64,000 bases of DNA, from contig OZ024759.1 of NCBI GenBank assembly GCA_964016885.1, positions 17,360,001 to 17,424,000 on the forward strand. Reading direction: 5' to 3'. Source of the stretch: Eledone cirrhosa (Eukaryota). The position numbers were made by a program, and so were the translations under genes. The first letter of the stretch is position 1, and every line of letters begins with the position of its first letter. The notes below the pieces were generated by a model. The model searched no databases. It saw nothing but the letters and a program-made list of their open reading frames with translations, and was not told where the DNA came from. Shown here one piece after another: positions 29,611 to 41,310 of the stretch.

Positions 29611-30778
29611 ATTAATGTGTGCAATATTATTGTGCATTTGGCACCACCTATACACCAACTGGTTTACACTTTACAGTTGATCACTGCTGTTTTCATTAAA
29701 CAATTTTTTGTGGGGCGGGTACAATAATGATTTTTGAAATGTTGAAATGGGGCATGGTGCCCAAAAAGGTTGGGAACCACTGCTCTAGGGCCAGATACTG
29801 ATGTTAAACTATGCAATGAATAAAGTCTAATACCTAAAGAGGCAACAGTGAGATTTGAACTCACAATATAAACAGCATATAAAAATACTGCTCTAACAAT
29901 TCCACTCATCCATCACCCTGGACTGATACTAACCATGACATGTGAGTGAATGCATAATGTATGTGTTTGCATTTGTGTGTGTGAAAGGTTAACAGAACTA
30001 ATATTGCTGCAAGTTTTAATGGATTCTCTGTTGGTTGCAATGACGAGTGTTCCAGCTGTTTGGTCAAAGGAATGTCTTATTCATTAAATTAACACCTAAG
30101 TGGTTGAGTATTCCACAGACATGTGTATCTTAATGTAATTGCCAAGGTGAGTCAGTGTGTCACAATATATGAAAGGTTGGATTTTTGAATTACAGCTATA
30201 TTCTTGACATGCACAGACATGTGTACCCTTAACCCATTAGCATTTAAACTGGCCAAATCCAGCCAGAATTCTCTCATCTCTTTCTGTTTAAATTGGCCAT
30301 AACTGGCCACTCATACTTATATTAAGGTATTGTTCTCAAAATAAATATCAAAATCTCATAGATTCGATATTATGTGAGGTATGTGAGATAAAACCTTTAC
30401 AGTGAGAATACAATAGTAAATTTAGAGTAATCATCATCATCATCGATTAACATCCATCATCCATGCTAGCATGGGTTAGATGGGTCCCATTTAGAGACAA
30501 GTTGGGTCGGGTGACCGTGTCTTGCTCATATAGAGGTGTTTCTGGCTGGTTTTCTATGGCTGGATGCCCTTCCTAACGCCACATGTAAATGTTAAAGGGT
30601 TAATAATAATAATAATGAAATTATTGTGTACAGTGCTCAGGTGCACTACAACTCATCAAAGGTGCATGTATAGTACATAGAATAATGTACAAATGTCAGG
30701 AAAATGAACAGTGTATGAGTCATGATATAATAATAATAATATTATATCATGACTCATACATGATATAATATTATTGTA

Positions 30779-30952
30779 CCGTGTATACTTGAATATATTT
30801 TATGTCTGAGAAATGGGCAAAAGTCTAAACTCTATAAGCTGAGGCTGCTAATGAACACATTGTTTAGATGGCGTAATTTAGCCGACACCTCTCCTCCATT
30901 TTGCCATCACTTTTTTAGTCATATTTCTCGGCTTATATTCGAGTATATACGG
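30779..30952. mobile_element. pogo/Tc-type MITE
   Basis: TA-CCGTGTATACTTGAATATA...TATATTCGAGTATATACGG-TA; a relative at ~32934-33258. Confidence 0.6.
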
Positions 30953-33657
30953 TAATTGTCAAGGTGAGTCAGTATGACACAATACGTGAAAGGTTGGACT
31001 TTTAAATACCAGATATAATACTGAGTATTCCACAAACATGTGTACCCTCAATCCTTTAGCATTTAAACCAGACATATCCAGCCAGAATTCTCTTACCTCT
31101 TTCTGTTCAAACCGTCCATAACTGGCTGCTCATACTTAGGTTAAAGTGTTCTTCTCAAAATAAATATCAAAATACGTAGATTTGATATTATGTGTGATAA
31201 TTATGAGATCAAGTGTTTACTGTGAAAATACAATAGTATATATAGAGTAATGTAAATGTTAAAGGGTTAACGTAATTACCAAGCTGAGTAAGTATGACAC
31301 GATATGTGAAAGGCTAGACTAAATTGGTGTATCGATGACGCCAGATGCACAAAATGTATTATGGAGGTGAGACAGGAGTTTCTGACAGTAATGTGTGCCG
31401 AAGTTGCCTTGGTGTAAAAGTAATAAGGTAAAACCTGAAGTTTGTTCTCATTAACATCATTTTCAAATGGTCTCCTTAGATATTCAAATTGTTCCTCTGT
31501 GGGGTGTGTACCTTACGTTGGGAATCACTTCCCTAGAGTATCACATGTGAAGTCCACTCTGTTGTATGCATTATGGCCAGGTCTCTAGTTTGAGAAGGCT
31601 GCCTTCCCCCTCTCACACTCACCAGTCTGAGAGGCGCTGACTAGGGAACAGCCCTTATATCCCTGACTAAAATAGTAAATGCAAAAGAAATTGTTTTTAT
31701 ACGCACACACACACACACACAGGTACACATTCTCTCACATGTGCACATATGCACACATTTCATGTGCACTCACATACACACTTAGAATGCACACATAACT
31801 CATGTGTGCACTCAGACACAGTTTATATGTGCATAACATACTTCATGTGCACCACATATACATGCACACAAATGTTATGCATTCTCTCACATTTCATATG
31901 CACATAACATGGAAATATACGTCCAGACATGCACACATACTGCACTCCATTAGCACAAGGTTTGTAAAAACTGAAGTCAATAAGAAACTACCAAAAAACA
32001 AACTAAAAACCAAAATAAAACTGACAGACTGTAATGAAAATTTTCACACGAAGATATAAATACATGGGAAGTGAATTTTATAGTATTTGTGTTTGGCTGA
32101 AAGGTTCATTGGCTGTCCAAGATACTCTCATAGAATGACCAAATGAGGTTTATTTTTCAACATAGCCCCTGGAAATTAATTAAGTTGAAATTAATGCATG
32201 CAAGATTTTATAGCTCTAGCATCACTCCTTCATAGTCAGCCTATGAACTTTTCGGCCAATCCACGTGTTTATTTTCACTCCTTCATAGTCTGCCTATGAC
32301 CAAGATACTCTCATGGAATGACCAAATGAGCTTTATTTTTCAACATAGTCCCTGGAAAGAAGCAATGCAGTTATTTATAAGGAGTTAAAATTAATGCATG
32401 CAAGATTTCACAGCTCTAGCATCACTCCTTCATTGTCAGCCTATGACCTTTTCAGCTGACCCTCGTACATACGTACATATATACACATAAATATATACAC
32501 ACACACACACACGTACGTACATATGATGGTCAGCTGAAAAGTTCATAGGCTGATCAAGACACTCTTATGGAATGACCAAATGAGGTTTATTTTTCAACAT
32601 AGTCACTGGAAGGAAACAATGCAGTTATTAATAAGAAGATTTGAAATTAATGCATGCAAGATTTCATAGCTCTAGCACCACTATTTCATAGTCAGCCTAT
32701 GAACTTTCAGCCAATCCACGTATTTGTTTTTGAATAGTTAACATGACTTTTCTGTGATGTGATTATTTTAGTTTCAACACAATCTCAGATCAAGTACGTG
32801 CTAAACAAGTACATTGGCTTAACCCTTTAGCATTTACATTACTCTATATTTGCTATTGAATTTTCACTGTAAACACTTTATCTTATATAATATCGAATCT
32901 ATGAGATTTTGATATTATTTATTTTGAGGAAAATACCGGTATACAAGTTGACATTTGGGGCCTAAAAATATTCCTCCAAAACCAATGACTTGCCAGAGTT
33001 CATAGGGTGGGTTACCATAGGTTCGTTAAGGTTACACTAGGCTGGTTTACTCAGTGAGTTAGAACTGACTTGCGACTGAAGTGTTTAAGCCTTTAGTCAC
33101 GCCACTAAATTTTCTGAATTATTTCCCTTGCAACTGCCGTATTTTTTTTGGGTGGGGTCGTCTTATCTGGTGAATATAGGCCTAAACCGGTATTACACCT
33201 CAGAATTTTAGGCGTCAACCTATGCGCTGAATCGACTTATACACCAGCATATACGGTAGTTACCAAATGAACTAATAAAGATAAAACATTAGTGAAAATA
33301 AACTTGTTTGTGTGTGTTTATTGGTAACATGACTGTCTCCGAATATAACAATATTCTTATCTATTTAATCAACAATTATTATCTAACACACATGCTCTTC
33401 CATGAATTTGAAAGAAATAGAAGAAAAGTACATTTACATATTGAAGATAACTTCAAATGAAGCAGTTTGGTAGAGAGGGTTAGGAGAGTGACATATAGTA
33501 GATATGATATGAGACCTGAGACTAAGTTTGAAAATAATCATGAATTTGGAGGTATTTAGCAATATTACTTTCTTATGAAGTGCTTGGAGTAAAACTTAAC
33601 AAATGTTCTTTCTTACTTAAACTTATTTTGGACGGTGTTTTAATAAGTATAAAAACT

Positions 33658-34091
33658 TTAACCCTTTAGCATTTACATTACTCTATATTTACTATTGTAT
33701 TTTCATAGCAAAGGCTTTATCTCACATAATATCGAATCTATGCGATTTTGATATTATTTATTTTGAGAATAATACCTTAACATAAGTATGAGTGGCCAGA
33801 TATGGCCGGTTTGAACAGGAAGAGGTGAGAGAATTCTGGCTGGATACGGCTGGTTTAACCCGTTAGCATTTAAACTGGCCATATCCGGCAAGAATTCTTT
33901 CACCTCTTTCTGTTCAAACCAGCCATAACCGGCTGCTCATACTGATGTTAAGGTATTGTACTCAAAATAAATAATATCAAAATCTCATAGATACAATATT
34001 ATGTGCGATAATTATATGAAATAAAGCCTTTACTGTGAAAATATAATAGTAAATATAGAGTAATGTAAAGGGTTAAGTGCCAAAGGCTTAA
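33658..34091. mobile_element. Two nested, inverted piggyBac-like MITEs
   Basis: Second copy 33855-34076 sits in an internal TTAA of the first, with TTAA duplicated. Confidence 0.78.
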
Positions 34092-36401
34092 ACTCTTTTG
34101 TTAATATATTTCTAATGAAAGACAGTTTTCCAAATATAGAAAATAATGAAAATAGCCAAGAGTTTGGAGTGATTTAGTTATATAACTTTCTTATTATTGA
34201 GCTGGTGTTTGATGAGTGCTCCAGCTGATTTAGTCAATAGAACTACTAGCTCGTGAAATTAATGAGTATGTGACTAAGCATTCCACAGACTTATGTACTC
34301 TTAATGTAGTTCTCAGAGAGATTCAGCTTGCCACAGTGTGACAAGGCTGGCTCCTTGAATCACAGGTATGTCGTTTTTATCTTTCGTAAGGACTGAAGCC
34401 ATGTGTAAGAGTGTCTTTCTCATTGACATAATGTGCAGCCTGGTCTGGAGATTGAACTCATGATCTTATGATTGTAAGTTCAGCACCCTAACCACGATAC
34501 ACATACTTCCATATAAAGCTTTAAGTAGCTGGTGTTTGGAACATAAAATAACATAACATGAGGTTAAAAGATAATTTCTGAGACAACATATTTTGGATGT
34601 GTTTAACTTTTTATTACCATATTTCTAGCGAAAGACACTGCCTATGATTTTTAAATAATTTTGACAGAAATGAAGAATTTGGAGGGATTTAGTAATATAA
34701 CTAACTTTCTTATTATTAAACTGGTGTTTTGGAACATAAATTATTAAAGCTTTTGAAATAAAATTACGAGGGAAGGTGTTTAGATAAATATAAAAAGTAA
34801 AGATTCCCTTCGGTCACAAATGACCATGGGATTTGCATCTAGAAAGTTCCCTCTCCAAGGCACAAGTCCAGACAAGGTTGTTTGTGGAAGACTTGCAGTC
34901 GCCCATGCATACCAGTCTTCCCTCTACACACCACCGATGTTGTCCAAGTGAAAGGCAAAGGCCGATACACCTTCACACCAGTGATATCACAACTCATTTC
35001 TACAGCCGAGTAAATTGGAGCAACGTAAAATAAAGTATCTTGCTCAAGGATACAACACACTGCCTGGTCCCAGAAAGAATGACATCAACTTGATAACTCT
35101 TGGGTGTCATTAGTAGAAATAGGTTGGCTAGGCCTCCTGTTTGAAAACATCTTGCCTTCATCTCATTAGTCTTTGAGACCCCGAAAAGAAAAAAAAAAGA
35201 GCCACAGATATTTCTGTTCCTCATCTAGGCAAAGGTTATAAGGAAAACTATGGGATTTAATCATGACACCAGCACTAGGGAATTTGTCATGTCTTTGACT
35301 CAATTGAAAAGTCCTCTTAATCCTTTGTTTGACAGGTTTCTATGGCTGCATGCCCTTCCTATCACCAACTACTTTACAGTGTGTACTGGGTGTGTTTATC
35401 ATGTTGTGCACCAACACTAGGGAGGTCATCTTGTTTTTACTCAACTGAAGGGTCCTTTCAACCCTTGGTTTGTAAAGCTTTCTACAGCTGAATGCCCTTT
35501 CTATCAGCAACCATTTTACAAATAGTACTGGGTGTGTTTGTCATACTTATCACCAACACTAGGGAGGTTGTCATCTCTTTGACACAACTGATGAGTCCTT
35601 TTGTCATGAAAGCAAAGAACACCGTAAATGAATGAGCAACACTGTAAATGTGGTTGACATTAGGAAGGGCATCCAGTTGTAGAAACCAAGCTAGAAAAAG
35701 TTACGTATGAGTGAGACACATTCATCTACTCTGACTTGTCTCACAACGGGACAACTCATCAAACCCATGCTAGTGTGTAAAAATGGATGTTAACCCTTTA
35801 GCGTTTAAACTGGCTGTATCTGGCCCAAATTCTCTCACCTCTTTCTGTCCAAACCGGCTGAAACTGGCCACTCATACTGATGTTAGGTTATTGTTCTCAA
35901 AATAAATATCGAAATCTCATAGATTCAATATTATGTGAGATAAAGCCTTTACCATGAAAAAATAATAGTAAATATAGAGTAATGCAAATTCTAAAGGGTT
36001 GAACAATGATGATGATGATGATGATCACTGTAATGTGGTAGTCAAGATGAGAGACTAAATCTATTAAACTTTATCAAATTAAAGTTATGTTTATTTAACA
36101 AATTTTTTTAATAAGAAATCTTTAGCTGAAATATTAATTTCAGGTAACATATGGTACCACGTAATTAAATTAATAGATCAGTAATATTTAGTCACCTGTC
36201 ATACTGAGTTGTCTGTCTGTATATATGTCATCATAATCACCATTTAACGTCTACTTTTCAACGCTGGCATGGGTTAGACGAGTTATCCTGTTGTGAGCAA
36301 TGCCATGGTCACCTGATCATTCAGTGGGTTTATATTCTCTCTTCAGCAGCGTCACATTTACATTAACTTTCCTATTTTTATTATTTTTTGTGTATATTCT
36401 T

Positions 36402-36455
<54 letters not shown>

Positions 36456-38101
36456 TCATCATCATTATACGTCTGCTTTTCCATGTTTAGAATTGAAATA
36501 GAAATAGAAGTTTCACCATAACATTGACTACATAATGTAGTCTAATAATGGGTCATATAAATCCACTGAATGGAAAAAGAGGGTGTCAGCACATATGGGA
36601 GTCAAACCCACACCTCTTGTTTGCCAGATGGGTATACTACCATTAGGTGAAGCTTCTATTTCTATTTTAACCCTTTAATGTTCAAACCAGCCAAAACCGG
36701 CCAGAATTCTCTACCTTTTTCTGTTGAAACTGGCTGTAACTGGTCGCTCAAACTGATGTTAAGGTATTGTTCTTAAAATAAATACTTTCAAAATCTCATA
36801 GATTCAATATTATGTGAGATGATTATGCGAGGTAAAGCATTTATCATGAAAATATAATAGTATATATAGAGTAATGTGAATGCTAAAGGGTTAAACTTCG
36901 CTTTGCTGTTTCATAGCAGTGAAACAAAGAAGACTGCGCTGATTTAGACATGTGTTGCATATAGATGAGGAACACTTGGTGATGAAGTGTCAGGTGATGC
37001 CAGTGGATGGAAGCAGCAGTAGAGGAAGACCAAGACGGACCTGGTGAACCTCACAGAGGAGATAACAAAGGAACACTTTGTGAGTGGAATGAGGCCTTGC
37101 TTGAAAGGACCTGTCCACCCCATATAAGCATAGAAGAGCAGATATAAAATGATGGTAACAAGCCTTCCGATGCTATGGGGTTTAAGCCCATCTAATAAGT
37201 TGTTTCAACATACTTGTGCTTTGATTTTTACTACACTGATTTTCTATCGACTCTAAATATGTTGATATGATCATGTTTTTAATTTCTTAGTCTCATAGTC
37301 TTATATTGGTGATGAACATGTGTAACTAATAATTGTTTATACCTTTGGCACAAGGCCAGCAATTACCTCAGTGCATTACTGGTGCTTTATTTTATCAACC
37401 CCGTAAGGAGGAAAGGCAAAGTTAACTTTGACGGGATTTGAACTCAGAACGTAAAGAGCCATAACTCTCTGCTGCAAAGCATGGTGTCTGACGCTCTACC
37501 GATACTGCCAATCCACCACCCTAACTAATAATTGTTTCTACTTTAGGCACAAGGCCAGCAAATTACCTCAGTGCATTACTGGTACTTTATTTTATCGACC
37601 TCGTAAGGATGAAAGGTAAAGTAAACCTCGGCGGGATTTGAACTCAGAATGGCAAGGGCCGTAACTCTATGCGTCAAAGCATGGCGTCCGACTCTCTACC
37701 GATACTGCCAATCCACCACCCTAACTAATAATAATAATACACATATACAGTATATGTACTTGGTATGTTATGGTCCCATAACTCCTGATGGAGAGTAGGG
37801 GCACCGTATTGACATACAGTGTTTCTTGGGCATTTTAAGCCTGTCTGAGCCCATCCCTCTCTAGGCCTGTGTACAGCAGATTCTTTCCAAAGAAAGATAG
37901 AAAGTGAGAGAGAGGAAGAGAGAAAGAGATATAGAGGAAGAATTGACCCCAGTACTAGACTGGTACATTTTTATCAACCTCGAAAGGATGAAAGGCAAAG
38001 TTGACGATGGCAGGATTTGAAGTGAGAGATCAGAGAGCCAGAATGAATACCATAAACCATACTATGCGACATTCTAATGGGTGAGTCAATTTGTCACATT
38101 A

Positions 38102-38161
<60 letters not shown>

Positions 38162-38166
<5 letters not shown>

Positions 38167-38276
38167 AAAATGTATGAACCTGACGGCGAGCTCAAGCTGT
38201 TTCGACGGCTATTTCTGGACTGAAATAGCCGTTGAAACGGCTGGAGCTCCGCTGTCGGGGTCATACATTTTCCTAT
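38162..38276. repeat. Fold-back hairpin (~54 bp arms, 6 nt loop) after (TA)n
   Basis: ATAGGAAAATGTATGA...TCATACATTTTCCTAT. Confidence 0.9.
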
Positions 38277-38355
38277 TACCTACTCTACTACCCTAAGTAT
38301 TGAGTACTCTGGTGCGTTATGGTCCATCTGGTTCCTCACCACAATTCCTTCTTTA

Positions 38356-38940
38356 TCTGTATATATATAAAGCTGAAGTTTTCTGTGTGTGTGTGTGTGG
38401 ACAATTTTTAAGGAGGGCTCATATATTCTAAACCATTCATGCGATTTCTTTGAAATTTTTTACAGAGCTTCTCCTTGCACAAAACCAATACATGATCTAC
38501 AAAGGCTTTCAAAAATCGATATTGGGGCCTTTGGAGACATTAAAAAGTTTCGGTTATTTGTGTCAATTTTCGTGATTAAGTAAGACAAGTTATCTTTCGT
38601 CAATACAATAGGAACTCATTTTTTATGTTGTCAAAAATTTTGTTTTGGGATTTTCATTATTACAATTCGGCTCATTTGGATTTTATTTTATTCTTTGTAC
38701 TTGAAACAAAAGGTTTCACTGTTGTCAAAAAAATTTATACCTAGACTGGATTGCTGTTGTTACATAGGATAACGGATGACACCGAGCTCACATATTAATT
38801 ATTTCGCTGGAATAGTGCCTAAGGTTTTCATGTTTACATAAAGTACGCTTTTCTTCTATGTATTCAAATTTACTTTTTTTAGTTTAATGAGCTACATCGA
38901 AAGCTACTTGAACCGTCCAAAGGACGGGTACTTTAGCTAG
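38356..38940 (+). mobile_element. Non-autonomous Helitron
   Basis: A|TC 5' end, subterminal hairpin CCGTCC-AAA-GGACGG, CTAG|T 3' end. Confidence 0.7.
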
Positions 38941-38952
38941 TATATATATATA

Positions 38953-39148
38953 TATATTTGAAAAAAAGGAAAAGAATGACTTCACTTGTAGTGTTAAAAA
39001 ATTTTTTGATTTAATTTTATATTATGAGTTGGTGCAAAGTTAACAAAGAACTTACTGGATCTACCAACTCATAATATATTATAAATTAAATAAAAAAAAT
39101 TTTTAACACTACAAGTGAAGTCATTCTTTTCCTTTTTTTTCAAATATA
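38953..39148. repeat. Fold-back inverted repeat (~80 bp arms) in (TA)n
   Basis: GAAAAGAATGACTTCACTTGTAGTGTTAAAA / TTTTAACACTACAAGTGAAGTCATTCTTTTC. Confidence 0.88.
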
Positions 39149-39909
39149 CCTAACTGTACCAAGGATCTCACACATTTTCCAATATATATATGTATATATA
39201 TACTTAAGCTCCTCCAATCCCAAAACTTTAATGGAAGCTCTGGGTAATGGTGACTGGGACAAGTAAAGTTGTCTTAATATTCATGAAACCATTCCTCCAA
39301 AATTCTAGGCTGCGCATTTTCACTGCACTCTCAATAATTATTGATGATAATAATAATAATGATAATTCATAAACTTAAAAATACCTCGAAATCAATGATC
39401 TTGATTGACAAACTTATTTATAACTACATAGAAATCAATAAACTGGACAGTATAGTACTTGTAAATAAAAGTCAAGTCAAGTTAAGGATAGAATGGTATT
39501 GACTTATTAGACTTAATAATATCTTCTTAAAACATAATTAAATGCCAAAAATATAATAATAGTCATCAATACTGCAATAGTAACGTTCGTTCAGCTTCAT
39601 ATATTAAAACTGTATCAATGGCAGTAGACAGAGAAATTGGCAGCGTTTACAATAATCACCAACCAGAAAAAAAAAGAAACCTCGAAAGACGAGTATATTT
39701 TACTATAAATATGAAGAGTTTGGACATGTCTGACATTAAAAAGTTATTGTTGTTATGGCTGTGTGATCAAGTGAGATCGTTTTGCAACCACGTGGTTGAG
39801 CAAAGTATGTCTTCTACTTTAGCCTTGGGTTGACCACTGCCCTATGAGTGAAATTTGGTAGACGGAAATTGTGTGGAAACCAGTTGCACATATGCATACA
39901 CGAGTGTGT

Positions 39910-41310
39910 ATCATCATCATCATCGTTTAACGTCCATGTTCCACGCTTGCATGGGTTTGGACGGGAGTTTTCCCACTTGAGGCAAGAGTGGTTGTCATTG
40001 CTCGCATAGGACTGTCTGGCGGGTTTTCTACAGTTGGATGCCCTTCCTAACACCAACCACATTTACAGTGTGGGGCTGGGAGGTTTTTACCGTGTTGCCT
40101 ACATGGCCACATTACAGCGTGGACTGTCTGGCGGGTTTTCTACAGCTGGATGCCCTTCCTAACACCAGCCACATTTACAGTGTGGGGCTGGGAGGTTTTT
40201 ACTGTGTTGCCTACACGGCCACATTACAGCGTGGACTGTCTGGCGGGTTTTCTACAGCTGGATGCCCTTCCTAACACCAGCCACATTTACAGTGTGGGGC
40301 TGGGAGGTTTTTACCGTGTTGCCTACACGGCCACATTACAGCGTGGACTGTCTGGCGGGTTTTCTACAGCTGGATGCCCTTCCTAACACCAGCCACATTT
40401 ACAGTGTGGGGCTGGGAGGTTTTTACTGTGTTGCCTACACGGCCACATTACAGCGTGGACTGTCTGGCGGGTTTTCTACAGCTGGATGCCCTTCCTAACA
40501 CCAGCCACATTTACAGTGTGGGGCTGGGAGGTTTTTACCGTGTTGCCTACACGGCCACATTACAGCGTGGACTGTCTGGCGGGTTTTCTACAGCTGGATG
40601 CCCTTCCTAACACCAGCCACATTTACAGTGTGGGGCTGGGAGGTTTTTACCGTGTTGCCTACACGGCCACATTACAGCGTGGACTGTCTGGCGGGTTTTC
40701 TACAGCTGGATGCCCTTCCTAACACCAACCACATTTACAGTGTGGGGCTGGGAGGTTTTTACCGTGTTGCCTACACGGCCACATTACAGCGTGGACTGTG
40801 TGTTTTTTGTCGTGACACCTACACGATCTCATTTGTTTCGGCCTGGATGTTGTGGCACCAACATAACTTTACATTGAAAGGGGCGGTGTGGATGGGGTGG
40901 GGGTGGTGGGACGGGGGTGTATTTTGTTAGAGATGCCTGCTGACTGTAGTAGGTTTTACTTTGTATTTAGGTAAGGCGGGTCTTCTCTATTACTGAGTAC
41001 CGCCAAAGGTCTCGGTCCAGTGACATTGTCTTGGAGAGGTGTAAGTGTGTGAGGTCGGAATTTATCAGCTCGTCCCAGCATGCAAGCTTTGTTTCTCTCC
41101 AGTCTGCGTATATCCTCTGCACACAATGCCCAGGTCTCACTTCCATGTAACATTGCTGTTCGTATGCAGGCATCATACAGCCTGCCTTTCATTTTTAGAG
41201 AGAACCCTTTAGCGGCCAATAGTGGTATAAGCTCTCTGAACTCTAGCTACTGTACTTTCAGAGCACCCTCCCCCACTGCTGATTTTGTCACCCAGGTAAC
41301 GGAAGCTTCC
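39910..41310 (-). mobile_element. Same RTE LINE family, internally deleted, with tandemly amplified 3'UTR
   Basis: Near-identical to 44317-45247 (MAAKGFSLKMKGRLYDACIRTAMLHGSETW) but lacks ~215 nt and has a 7x112 bp array. Confidence 0.85.
40009..40799. repeat. 112 bp tandem array, 7 units
   Basis: ORF starts recur every 112 nt; units almost identical. Confidence 0.95.

Noticed and set aside
40880-40920. G-quadruplex-like G runs (also ~44615-44645)
   Set aside because: Part of the RTE LINE 3'UTR consensus; nothing locus-specific
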